Part shown: piece by piece, positions 22,893-32,514 of the stretch
How positions within the stretch are numbered: position 1 is the first letter of the stretch
Layout of the letters: each line of letters starts with the position of its first letter
DNA from: an uncultured Clostridia bacterium
GTDB taxonomy: Bacteria > Bacillota > Clostridia > TANB77 > CAG-508
Direction of reading: 5' to 3'
NCBI GenBank assembly: GCA_944388805.1
Contig: CALXKE010000001.1
Span: 48,090-112,089, forward strand
Length of the DNA stretch: 64,000 nt
Program-made: the position numbers and the translations under genes
The notes under the pieces: model-generated
Databases searched by the model: none
What the model saw: the letters and a program-made list of their open reading frames with translations, nothing else
Told to the model about the DNA's origin: nothing

Positions 22893-23213
22893 ATGGCAGA
22901 TATAAGAGAGGAATTTAATTTATATAATGAAACAGAATTTCATAATGAAAGTAATCAAGATATGAAAAAGGGAGAATTTATAGAAGAAAAAAACTTGCCT
23001 GTACTTGCTAAGCAAGGACTTTGGGAAAGATTCAAGGCTTTTTGGTTCCAAGAAATTGAATTAAGTCAAATAATCAAAATACAATTCAATGTATATAAAC
23101 CAAAAGAAGAAAACGAAATAAGCAAATCTTCATATATAGGTAGTGCTTTGAAAAAAATACATGATGTTTTATTTATGGAAATTACATTTGGTAAAAAAAA
23201 TGCAGAAGTATAA
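22893..23213 (+). CDS. hypothetical protein (106 aa)
   Basis: Good RBS aaaggag; no recognisable motifs. Confidence 0.4.
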   Translation: MADIREEFNLYNETEFHNESNQDMKKGEFIEEKNLPVLAKQGLWERFKAFWFQEIELSQIIKIQFNVYKPKEENEISKSSYIGSALKKIHDVLFMEITFGKKNAEV

Positions 23214-23294
23214 AATTGTTTTTAAAAGTATAGCAAAATAAAGAAAAATATGCTATACTTTTTTTGTTTTAAGGCAAAAGGAGAGAAAAGAAAA

Positions 23295-24659
23295 ATGGCG
23301 AAAAGTAAAACAATTTTTGTATGTAGTGAATGTGGTAATGAGTCTAGCAAATGGCTTGGAAAATGTCCTGCTTGCAATAGTTGGAATACATTTTATGAAC
23401 AAAAAGTAGTGGAGACAAAAGCTGGGGGACACAAAGATTTAGCAAAGAGTGAAAATAAACCTCAAAAACTAAATTCGTATGAGGCAAAAGAAACATTGAG
23501 AACTTCAACAGGTTTTGGAGAGTTAGATAGGGTTTTAGGTGGAGGACTGGTAAAAGGTTCTCTTGTGTTACTAGGTGGAGAGCCTGGAATTGGAAAGTCT
23601 ACGTTAATTCTGCAAATATGTGATAAAGTAAAAGGTGAAGGAAAAGTTTTATATGTCTCAGGAGAGGAATCAGCAGAACAAATAAAAATGAGAGCAGATA
23701 GATTAGGTATCAATAATGATGATATTTTATTTTTAGGCGAAACAGATATAGATGTTGTCAATCAAGCAATTATAGAAATTAATCCAAAACTTGTCATTAT
23801 TGATTCGATTCAAACTATGTATTCAGAAGAGATTTCAGCTGCTGCTGGAAGTGTTAGTCAAGTACGAGAGATTACTTCACAAGTGATGAGAGTTTGTAAA
23901 TCTAGAGCGATTACAACCATTATTATAGGGCATGTTACAAAAGAGGGAAATATTGCAGGCCCAAGAGTTTTGGAACATATGGTAGATACTGTATTATATC
24001 TAGAAGGAGAAAGATATTTTTCATATAGAGTATTAAGAGGGGTCAAAAATAGATTTGGTTCAACAAATGAAATTGGTATGTTTGAAATGAATGAAGAAGG
24101 AATGTGTGAAATTACCAATCCATCAGATATCCTAATTTCTGAAAGAGAAGATAATCCAGCAGGTTCTTGTATTGTATCTAGTATAGAGGGGACAAGAGCA
24201 ATCTTAATAGAATTACAAGCATTAACCACACAAAGTATTTTTGGATTTCCTAAAAGAACAGCCAATGGAACAGATTATAACAGATTAGCATTATTAATAG
24301 CTGTTTTAGAAAAAAGAGCAGGCATTATGTTAGGAAGTCAAGATGTGTATTTAAATTTGGTAGGAGGCATTAGAGTAAATGAACCATCTATTGATTTAGG
24401 AATGATGATGGCAGTGGTTTCCAGTTTTAAAAATGTACCAATTCCTAAAGATATGGTGATTATTGGAGAAGTTGGTTTAACAGGAGAAGTGAGAAGAATT
24501 AATGTAATTGATAAAAGGTTGAAAGAAGCAGAAAAATTAGGATTTAAGAGTTGTATTATTCCAGAATCTAACAAAAAAGACTTGAAAGAAAAATATAAAT
24601 TAGATATAATAGGTGTTAGCAATATTAATGAAGCAATGAAAAAGATTGGATTAAAGTAG
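23295..24659 (+). CDS. radA: DNA repair protein RadA/Sms
   Basis: N-terminal C4 zinc finger (CSECGNESSKWLGKCPACNSW), Walker A GEPGIGKST, Lon-like C-terminal domain. Confidence 0.9.
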   Translation: MAKSKTIFVCSECGNESSKWLGKCPACNSWNTFYEQKVVETKAGGHKDLAKSENKPQKLNSYEAKETLRTSTGFGELDRVLGGGLVKGSLVLLGGEPGIGKSTLILQICDKVKGEGKVLYVSGEESAEQIKMRADRLGINNDDILFLGETDIDVVNQAIIEINPKLVIIDSIQTMYSEEISAAAGSVSQVREITSQVMRVCKSRAITTIIIGHVTKEGNIAGPRVLEHMVDTVLYLEGERYFSYRVLRGVKNRFGSTNEIGMFEMNEEGMCEITNPSDILISEREDNPAGSCIVSSIEGTRAILIELQALTTQSIFGFPKRTANGTDYNRLALLIAVLEKRAGIMLGSQDVYLNLVGGIRVNEPSIDLGMMMAVVSSFKNVPIPKDMVIIGEVGLTGEVRRINVIDKRLKEAEKLGFKSCIIPESNKKDLKEKYKLDIIGVSNINEAMKKIGLK

Positions 24660-24791
24660 TTTGATGAATAGTTCAAATTTAAATTTATTTTTATTATAAA
24701 GTGTAAAAAACAATGAAAAATGTATTTAGATTTGAACATTAACAAGACAGTTATCAAATATAGACACATTATAAAAGAGAGGAGTTTAATT

Positions 24792-25865
24792 TTGAAAAAG
24801 GTAAAAGAAGATAATATTACATCTGTTTTGAAATTAATAGCTCCAGGGACACCAATAAGAGACGGCCTAGAAAATATATTAAGAGCAAAGACAGGGGCAT
24901 TACTATTAATTACAGACAATAATGAAGTGATAAAAGAAATTGTGGATGGTGGATTTGTCATTAATGAAGATTATACATCATCAAAATTATATGAATTGGC
25001 GAAAATGGATGGAGCAATTGTATTAAGTGGAGATATGAAAAAAATTCTATATGCCAATGCACAATTGATTCCAGAACATGAAATACAAACAACAGAAACA
25101 GGGACAAGGCATAGAACGGCTGAAAGAACAGCAAAACAAACAGGAGAATTAGTCATTAGTATTTCACAAAGAAGAAATATCATTACTGTTTTTAAAGGAA
25201 ATGATCGATATGTCTTAGAAGATACAGATGTTGTATTAAATAAAGCAAATCAAGCAATACAAACTTTGGAAAAATATAAAAAAGTATTTGATAATAAGCT
25301 AAACATATTGAATGAATATGAATTTAATGATATAGTAACATTGCAAAATGTTGTACTTGCTATTCAAAGAGCAGAAATGGTTATGCGAATTGTAGAAGAA
25401 ATACAAAGACAAATCTATGAGCTTGGAGATGATGGAAGACTAGTCAAAATGCAATTAGATGAATTAATCGGTGGACTTGAAAAAGAAGAAAGCCTAATTA
25501 TAAAAGATTATGTTGTCAAAAAGAAAAAATCTCCTGAAAAGATTTTGGAAGAGTTAAAAGATTTAGAATATGAAGAACTCTTAAAAGAATCTTCCATTGC
25601 AAAATTGCTAGGATATGAATATTTTGATAATTATGACGAAGTAGCTGTTTATCCAAAAGGATATCGAATTTTAAGTAAAGTGCCAAGAATGCCAAATAAT
25701 ATTGTAGAAAATTTAGTAGATTCTTTTAAATCCTTTCAACATATATTGGCAGCAGATATTGAAAGCTTAGATGAAGTTGATGGCATAGGAGAAGTAAGAG
25801 CGAGAACAATAAAACAATCATTAAAAAGAATGCAAGAACAATTTGTTTTTGATAATATGTTATAG
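24792..25865 (+). CDS. disA: DNA integrity scanning protein DisA (diadenylate cyclase)
   Basis: LKLIAPGTPIRDGLENILRA...DGA(I/V)...RHR DAC-domain motifs; radA-disA gene order; TTG start after RBS agaggag. Confidence 0.85.
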   Translation: MKKVKEDNITSVLKLIAPGTPIRDGLENILRAKTGALLLITDNNEVIKEIVDGGFVINEDYTSSKLYELAKMDGAIVLSGDMKKILYANAQLIPEHEIQTTETGTRHRTAERTAKQTGELVISISQRRNIITVFKGNDRYVLEDTDVVLNKANQAIQTLEKYKKVFDNKLNILNEYEFNDIVTLQNVVLAIQRAEMVMRIVEEIQRQIYELGDDGRLVKMQLDELIGGLEKEESLIIKDYVVKKKKSPEKILEELKDLEYEELLKESSIAKLLGYEYFDNYDEVAVYPKGYRILSKVPRMPNNIVENLVDSFKSFQHILAADIESLDEVDGIGEVRARTIKQSLKRMQEQFVFDNML

Positions 25866-25979
25866 GGGACGTGCCAAATCGTTTCAAAATGGAACAAAAG
25901 GGACAGACCTGACAAATTTAAATGTATCATGAGGATTTTAACAGATTCAGAAAAATAAAAGAAAGGAAAAGTGAAGTAA

Positions 25980-26774
25980 ATGGGAAAATTTAAAAATATT
26001 ATATGGATTATTGCTTTAATTATCTTAATTGTTTTAATAGGAGTTATAGGTTATGGATATTATAGAAATGCAACAATGGAGGTTACGAGACCTGTTGCAA
26101 CGATGGAGGTAGAAAATTTTGGAACTATCAAATTTGAATTATATCCAGAATATGCTCCAGAAACAGTAGCGAATTTTATAGCATTAGCAAATAGAGGATT
26201 TTATGATGGATTAACATTCCATAGGATTGTAAAAGACTTTATGATTCAAGGTGGAGATAAAAATGGAGATGGAACAGGATTAGCAACAACGAAAGATTTA
26301 AGAGATGATGGAGATGACACAGAATATACAATAAAAGGTGAATTTATAGCAAATGGTGTGGATAACAAGTTACAATTTGAAGAAGGTGTTGTCGCAATGG
26401 CAAGATCTGATTATACCAGTTATTCTTCTACATTAACAGAGGAATCATATAATTCAGGAAGTTCTCAATTCTTTATCATGACTGCAGAAAATACAGGACT
26501 AAATGGACAATATACTTCTTTTGGTAAAGTAATAGAGGGTATGGATATTGTACATGAAATAGAAGGTGTAGAAGTAAAAGCAGCAGATGATTCAGATACA
26601 ACAGGAAATACGGAAGTAAGTACACCAGTAAATCCTCCAGTTATTACATCTATTAGAGTAGAAACAAATGGAATTGATTATGGGTTACCAGAAACATTAA
26701 CACCATTTGATTATACATCATGGTTATATCAACAATATGGAATAGATCCAAGTAGTATGACAACTGTTCAATAA
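25980..26774 (+). CDS. cyclophilin-type peptidyl-prolyl cis-trans isomerase with N-terminal membrane anchor
   Basis: FHRIVKDFMIQGGD...MAR cyclophilin motifs after a TM helix. Confidence 0.8.
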   Translation: MGKFKNIIWIIALIILIVLIGVIGYGYYRNATMEVTRPVATMEVENFGTIKFELYPEYAPETVANFIALANRGFYDGLTFHRIVKDFMIQGGDKNGDGTGLATTKDLRDDGDDTEYTIKGEFIANGVDNKLQFEEGVVAMARSDYTSYSSTLTEESYNSGSSQFFIMTAENTGLNGQYTSFGKVIEGMDIVHEIEGVEVKAADDSDTTGNTEVSTPVNPPVITSIRVETNGIDYGLPETLTPFDYTSWLYQQYGIDPSSMTTVQ

Positions 26775-26913
26775 AACAAAAAATATTATGATTTAGTCGA
26801 TATAGATTAAATACATTTCATATCTTAATAGTTTATATAATGTATTTGGAAATATATTTTGATTGAATATTAATAAAAAAATTGGAAAAAATAAAATAAA
26901 ATTTGTAAAATGG

Positions 26914-26943
26914 TTGACAAGATGGGGTGAAATAGGGTAAAAT
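26914..26943 (+). promoter_or_regulatory. promoter for the tRNA-His/tRNA-Gln pair (TTGACA-N18-TAAAAT)
   Basis: ttgaca at 26914-19, taaaat at 26938-43, about 35 nt upstream of tRNA-His. Confidence 0.5.
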
Positions 26944-26979
26944 AAGTAATGTGCTAATCAAAAGGTGCACGTAAACTAT

Positions 26980-27057
26980 GGTGGATGTAGCGTAGTTGGT
27001 TAACGCGCCAGTTTGTGGCACTGGAGACCGTGGGTTCGAGTCCCATCTTCCACCCCA
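26980..27057 (+). tRNA. tRNA-His (GTG)
   Basis: Cloverleaf with anticodon loop ttGTGgc, T-loop GGTTCGAGTCC, extra 5' G typical of tRNA-His. Confidence 0.8.
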
Positions 27058-27065
27058 TTATATAT

Positions 27066-27140
27066 TGGGCTGTAGCCAAGCGGTAAGGCACCAGACTTTG
27101 ACTCTGGCATGCGCTAGTTCGAATCTAGCCAGCCCAGCCA
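27066..27140 (+). tRNA. tRNA-Gln (TTG)
   Basis: tgggctgtagccaagcggtaaggcaccagactTTGactctggc...ttcgaatctagccagcccagcca. Confidence 0.8.
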
Positions 27141-27282
27141 ATTCTAAGAATATCAACGATTATAGTAGTTGGTATTCTTTTTTATTAGGCTGTATCACCT
27201 TTAGTGAATTTTAAAAATCAATATAGTTTCACAGTATAAAATTTTATTTGCTAAAGATAGAAAAGAATTCATAGCCGAAATA

Positions 27283-27312
27283 AGGTAGAGGTTACAGTCT
27301 ACCTTAATTTTT
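27283..27312 (+). terminator. rho-independent terminator after the tRNA pair
   Basis: aaggtagag-gttacag-tctacctt followed by aattttt. Confidence 0.5.
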
Positions 27313-27460
27313 CCAAAACATAGAAATGTATGAATTTTAAACTTTGCCTAAAAATAGGCACTTATCATTTGTGGACAAATCAAAGAAACAATGTTATAAT
27401 CAAAATAATTTTTGGAAAAGGGATATACAAAAAATTTAAATAAAAAAAGGAGGAAAAAAC

Positions 27461-27745
27461 ATGATAAAACATATTGTTATTTGGAAATTTAAAGAAAATC
27501 AAGAAGAAAAAATGAAAGAATTTTTAGAAGGATTAAATCGTTTAAAAGATATTATTCCACAAATTAAATATATGGAAACAGGTGTGAATATCAATCCGAA
27601 AAATGAGTATGATGCCATATTAATTTCTGAATTTGAAACTATGGAAGATTTAGAAACATATAAGAATCATCCAGAACATGTTAAAGTATCAAATTTGTGT
27701 AAATCAATAAGACTTGATAGACAAGCAATTGACTATGAAATTTAG
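27461..27745 (+). CDS. Dabb-family stress-responsive alpha/beta-barrel protein
   Basis: MIKHIVIWKFKEN...HPEHV pattern, 94 aa. Confidence 0.6.
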   Translation: MIKHIVIWKFKENQEEKMKEFLEGLNRLKDIIPQIKYMETGVNINPKNEYDAILISEFETMEDLETYKNHPEHVKVSNLCKSIRLDRQAIDYEI

Positions 27746-27816
27746 CATGTAACATAAAAGTAAAGATAACATATGATTGCATAATTATAAAAGACAAACG
27801 CATAGGAGAGCAAAAT

Positions 27817-28389
27817 ATGAACTTAGAAAGTATAAAAAATGCAAAAACGAAATATATAGGAAAAGAAATAGAATATTTTAAAGAAATCTCTTCTACACAT
27901 ACATATGCCAAAGAAATTGCCATGCAAGAAAAACAAAACGGGAAAATCATCATAGCAGAAACGCAAACAAATGGAATTGGAACCAAAGGAAGGACATGGT
28001 ATACAGGAGAGAGCAAAAATATAGCTTTGACCATTATATTAAAACCAGAATGGGCAATTAGTAGATTAGAAGGTTTGACTGTAAAAATTGCAAAATGTAT
28101 GCAAAAAGCCATACAAGAGTTATATGGGATTGGGCTGGAAATAAAAGAGCCTAATGATTTAATGCTAAATGGGAAAAAGATTTGTGGAATTTTAACTGAA
28201 ATCAATACCATATCAGAAAAGATGAATTATTTGCTAATTAGTTTTGGATTCAATGTTAATGAAAATCATTTTTCAAAGGAAACAGAAAATATTGCAACAT
28301 CGCTTAAAAAAGAGTTTGGAAAAGAATTTAGCAGAGAAGATATTATCAAAAAATTTATAGAGATTTTAGAAAAGGAAATAGAATTATAG
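27817..28389 (+). CDS. biotin--protein ligase-family catalytic-domain protein (BirA-like, no HTH)
   Basis: TQTNGIGTKGRTWYTGESKNIALTIILKP resembles the BPL GRGRxGRxW...L..S block. Confidence 0.45.
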   Translation: MNLESIKNAKTKYIGKEIEYFKEISSTHTYAKEIAMQEKQNGKIIIAETQTNGIGTKGRTWYTGESKNIALTIILKPEWAISRLEGLTVKIAKCMQKAIQELYGIGLEIKEPNDLMLNGKKICGILTEINTISEKMNYLLISFGFNVNENHFSKETENIATSLKKEFGKEFSREDIIKKFIEILEKEIEL

Positions 28390-28521
28390 TTCTATTTCTT
28401 TTTTTAGTAAATATACATTAAAGGAAAAGTTATAACAAGTATTGTGGAATCAAAAGATATTAGCAAATATTCTACAAATTAAAAGGAAAGGAGAGTATGA
28501 TATCTATCATAAAAGAGAAGT

Positions 28522-28914
28522 ATGGAAAATTCAGATAATTCAAATAATAAAAATTTTATCAATATATTAAAGGGATTGGGAATTGCTTTTATCATCACTT
28601 TTATTTTTTTATTGATTTTATCAATCGTATTAACTTATACAAATGTTTCTGAAAATATGATTAATCCAACCATCATTATTATTACCGCACTTAGTATATT
28701 AATAGGAAGTAGTATTAGCAATATAAAAATCAAAAAGAATGGATTAATAAATGGAGGCATTATAGGTGGTGTATATATTATCTTACTATATCTGTTTTCT
28801 AGTATATTTAGTATGCAATTTTCTTTAAACTTGCAATCTGTTATTATGATTATCACAGGAATTGTTTTTGGAATTTTAGGAGGGATTATAGGTGTTAATG
28901 TATCCTCTAAGTAA
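28522..28914 (+). CDS. small 4-TM membrane protein
   Basis: Hydrophobicity pattern only. Confidence 0.4.
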   Translation: MENSDNSNNKNFINILKGLGIAFIITFIFLLILSIVLTYTNVSENMINPTIIIITALSILIGSSISNIKIKKNGLINGGIIGGVYIILLYLFSSIFSMQFSLNLQSVIMIITGIVFGILGGIIGVNVSSK

Positions 28915-29097
28915 CAGTAGACAACAAAGTTAGATTACATATGATGGAATTATGATGTATAGGAAAAAATAGGAAAAAAAGCATAGAATAAAAGCCATAG
29001 ATATAAATAATCTATGGCAATTTATTTTTTATAGAAACATGTTTTTTTTCTATTCAAGAACATGGATTTACTCTAAGGATTGAACATATATGAGTGT

Positions 29098-30447
29098 TTA
29101 TCCAATATAATCTGTATAAATGACACGATTCCAGTAATTCATTAAATTCTGTTTTTCTGATTTTGGAACTATATTGATTCTAATAGCAGAAAAAGGCTTA
29201 TCATGAGAATAGGTTGTTTCTTCACCATCAGAAGAGGCTCTTAACCAACCAACAGACGGAACATAAATTTGATAAACAATAGAATATTCTTCACAATTTT
29301 TTAATTGAAAAGCAATTCCAGAAAGACCATATAAATTTTGTTTTGCAATTTCTTGAGGAATAGGCTTTTTCTGGTTCATACAACTATTGCCAGCTTGATT
29401 ATGTCCATAGCCACCTAACTGCAGAGCAATCTTATTAAGAAAACGTATAGCATTTTGTCCAGTAATATCATACCAAGTTGTGGGACTAGGGTTGTATCCA
29501 TAACTATAGAGAATTTCAGAAGAGTTGCAGAGATCAGTTGTATTTTCACCCCAGTAGGTATAATCAAAAACTCTTGCTTGTAATATAGATTTATCGATGT
29601 CACCATCTAGATAAGTAATGATTCTTTCAGATTTTTTAGAAGAGGCATCAATAATAGTTTGTTTACCAGAAATTTGTCCACTATGATTAAACTCATTAAT
29701 AGGATAACCACTATTATGAGTGGCATAATACAGCATAATGTTTTTTGCATGTTGTATATTAACAAAAACTTCTGATGTATTTCCTGCATAATCTGTTATA
29801 GTGATTGGATAAGAAATAGGGGAAGGAAATATTTTAGATAAAGAAGAATGGGAATCATAGAAATCCCAACCATTTATTGGTCTTAAATTTTCATTAGATT
29901 GAATCATATATTGTGATTTATCATTTTCAATAGATAATTCTTTACAGGTAGAAGTAGGAGAAATGTTATCAATATAAATACCGGTTTCAAATTTTTGGGA
30001 ATCATTTTTTAAACCAAAAGCATCTTCAATGATGCCTTCTGGAAAAACAATACTTAAATTCCCATTGCCTGTTAAATTAGATAATATCAAATCATAAAGC
30101 ATTTCACCGTTGTTATTAGAAAGTAAAGATAATTTTATAGATGGTTTCATAGTTGTATCATTAACTAAAATTTGTATGTTATCATGAGTAAAGTGATTGA
30201 TAGTAACATTTTTTTCTGTAACTTTAATCCTTAGAGTTACAAGATGTGTAGAATTTGCATATTTTTCATATCCTGTATTTGTATTGGAAATACTTAAAAC
30301 TTCTATTACCGGTTTTTTATCAATTTGAATTTTTGTGGCAATGAAGGATTCATTAAAAACATATTTTGAAAAACTAAATTGACAATAAAATGGAATGAGA
30401 AATAGGAAGATGAAAAATAAAAAGATAATAATAAATTTTTTGCTCAA
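29098..30447 (-). CDS. secreted protein (449 aa) with SipW-cognate-like signal peptide
   Basis: N-terminus MSKKFIIIFLFFIFLFLIPFYCQFSFSKYVFNES; the FSKY motif is shared with the TasA-like gene at 31085. Confidence 0.5.
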   Translation of the reverse strand: MSKKFIIIFLFFIFLFLIPFYCQFSFSKYVFNESFIATKIQIDKKPVIEVLSISNTNTGYEKYANSTHLVTLRIKVTEKNVTINHFTHDNIQILVNDTTMKPSIKLSLLSNNNGEMLYDLILSNLTGNGNLSIVFPEGIIEDAFGLKNDSQKFETGIYIDNISPTSTCKELSIENDKSQYMIQSNENLRPINGWDFYDSHSSLSKIFPSPISYPITITDYAGNTSEVFVNIQHAKNIMLYYATHNSGYPINEFNHSGQISGKQTIIDASSKKSERIITYLDGDIDKSILQARVFDYTYWGENTTDLCNSSEILYSYGYNPSPTTWYDITGQNAIRFLNKIALQLGGYGHNQAGNSCMNQKKPIPQEIAKQNLYGLSGIAFQLKNCEEYSIVYQIYVPSVGWLRASSDGEETTYSHDKPFSAIRINIVPKSEKQNLMNYWNRVIYTDYIG

Positions 30448-30656
30448 AAAATCCCTCCTTATTTTATTGAATATTTGTGAAATACGTGAAAATATTTCAT
30501 TTTTATTTTTGGATGATTATTGGGATTTTGAAATTAACGAAATAAAATATTTGAATATGAATGTATACATTATATAAAGAAATATGGAAAATGTCAATAA
30601 ATACAAGATTTTAGTTTCAGAATTTGTAACTATTCAGTGGTATAAAATTTCTAATT

Positions 30657-30838
30657 ACGAGTTCTTGTATATTTATTTTTCATAAATTCCTCGGTTCAAT
30701 ACGTGCTCTAGCCTTTCTAACTACAAAAGAAACGAGCCTCTCGCTATTCCCGCTTCCTCATTTCTTTTATAGTAAGAAAGGCTACAATCACTCCAATCAC
30801 ATTCATCATTTATGAAAAATAAATATACAAGAACTCGT
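30657..30838. repeat. IR-1: 31-bp perfect inverted repeat flanking a 120-bp GC-enriched spacer
   Basis: acgagttcttgtatatttatttttcataaat (30657-30687) and its exact reverse complement (30808-30838); the spacer has nested 9-bp inverted repeats agcctttct/agaaaggct. Confidence 0.9.
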
Positions 30839-30951
30839 TTAATATCAAATATCTTTACTTATGAAACTAAAAATTCAAAAGGATTATTATAAGGAATAGT
30901 GCTTTCTGTCGAATTTTGCGATGAAAATCCTAAAAAATAGTAAAAAAATGA

Positions 30952-30980
30952 TTGACAATGGCAAAATATGGAATTATAAT
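30952..30980 (+). promoter_or_regulatory. consensus sigma-A promoter TTGACA-N17-TATAAT for the TasA-like cluster
   Basis: ttgaca at 30952-57, tataat at 30975-80. Confidence 0.6.
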
Positions 30981-31084
30981 TTAATTACATTTTTTTCTAT
31001 AATTTTTAATATTAATTTTTAATTTCAAAATTATCTAATCATTATCCAAAACAAAAAAATAAATAACAAAGGAGGTATGCCTAT

Positions 31085-31669
31085 TTGAGTAAAAAGAAAA
31101 CGGCTTTGCTAGTAATATGTTTGCTACTAGCGATTATATTATCTTTTATGATTGGTAAAACTTTTTCTAAATACATATCAGAGGTAAAAGGAACAGGAAC
31201 AGCAGAAATAGCAAATTGGGTGTTTAAAGTAAATGGAAAAGAAGATGTTATTCAAAATGTAAATTTATTATCTACATATGATAATGAGACTTTAATTAAT
31301 AATAAGGTAGCTCCAGGGACAAGTGGAAGTTTTAATATTATCGTAGATGCAACAGGTTCTGATGTGGGAATAGACTATGCAATTCAATTCCTAAATGAAA
31401 GTGAAAAACCACAAAACCTAATATTTACCTATGATGATAAACAATATACAACTATACAAGATTTAGAAGAGGATTTATCAGGAACCATAAATGCAAATGA
31501 TGAAAATAAATCAAGAACCATTACAATTAATTGGGAATGGCAATATGAAACTGGTGAAGATGAAAACGAAATTAATCAAAATGATATAATTGACACAAAC
31601 AATGCAAAACAACTAGAAAATTATACATTTGATATATATGTTACAGGAACACAAGTTATGCCACAATAA
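31085..31669 (+). CDS. TasA/CalY (camelysin)-like secreted protein
   Basis: TTG start after RBS aaaggagg. Signal peptide then TFSKYISEVKGTGTAEIANW (cf. CalY GGGTFAFFSDKEVSNNTFAAGTLDL), mid VAPGTSGSF, C-terminal TITINWEWQYE (cf. CalY LNLEWTFNA). Similarity judged from memory. Confidence 0.45.
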   Translation: MSKKKTALLVICLLLAIILSFMIGKTFSKYISEVKGTGTAEIANWVFKVNGKEDVIQNVNLLSTYDNETLINNKVAPGTSGSFNIIVDATGSDVGIDYAIQFLNESEKPQNLIFTYDDKQYTTIQDLEEDLSGTINANDENKSRTITINWEWQYETGEDENEINQNDIIDTNNAKQLENYTFDIYVTGTQVMPQ

Positions 31670-31888
31670 TTGATGAAATATGCGAAAATAAAAATATGAT
31701 GAATATGATAACCCCTAGAAAATATATAAATTAAAATTTTAAACAATCAATTTTAGAAATCAAAAATTAAAAATTAGAATCCACATTCAATCCTCTAAAT
31801 ATAAATTATAGAGAAATATGTACAAACAAAAGAGCAAGAATAAAAAGTAAATGATAAAATATTTAGCAGAATACATAATCTTTGTGAT

Positions 31889-31917
31889 TCATTAAGAGGA
31901 CAAGTTCCTCTTAATGA
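31889..31917 (+). other. 12-bp perfect stem-loop between TasA-like genes
   Basis: tcattaagagga-caagt-tcctcttaatga; no U-tract follows. Confidence 0.7.
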
Positions 31918-31927
31918 ATATATAAAT

Positions 31928-32506
31928 ATGGAGAGGAGAAAAGATTTGAATTTAAACTTTATAAAAAAGCCAAAAAAACTAACATTAAAAACTCTAAAAA
32001 AAGAGCAAAAAAAGTATAAAGATAAGAAACAAGAAATTCTTATCATTTGTATGATATTGATAATTGGAATTACATTTTTCTCAGGCGTGAGTGTCGGAAA
32101 AGCCGTATATAATAGTCATATAAAAAATGATACACAAATTGCAAAACCAGTTTTAGAGGTGGAAAAAGGTTCAGAAATGATTATTACAGAAGATAATCAA
32201 AAAGGTGAATATACATTTATAGTAAAAAATTATAATGAAGTAGCAGAAATATCACAAGTAGATTTAACATATTATATTGAAATCTTAGAAAAAGATTTAA
32301 ATGAGTCTATACAATATCAATTATATAAAGATAATGAGCTAATAGAATTGAAAGAAAATAAAACAGAAACAATGACATTTCATAAAGATGTAAAGGAAGA
32401 ACAACACTATACACTAAAAGTAACTTATGATGATAGTAAAAATACAATAGAAGATATCATGCAAGAGATACAAATAAAAGTACATTCAGAACAGTTAAAG
32501 ATATAG
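31928..32506 (+). CDS. membrane-anchored or secreted protein of the TasA-like cluster (possible start TTG 31946)
   Basis: Basic N-terminus, one TM/signal helix, beta-rich ectodomain. Confidence 0.4.
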   Translation: MERRKDLNLNFIKKPKKLTLKTLKKEQKKYKDKKQEILIICMILIIGITFFSGVSVGKAVYNSHIKNDTQIAKPVLEVEKGSEMIITEDNQKGEYTFIVKNYNEVAEISQVDLTYYIEILEKDLNESIQYQLYKDNELIELKENKTETMTFHKDVKEEQHYTLKVTYDDSKNTIEDIMQEIQIKVHSEQLKI

Positions 32507-32514
32507 GTGTAAAA

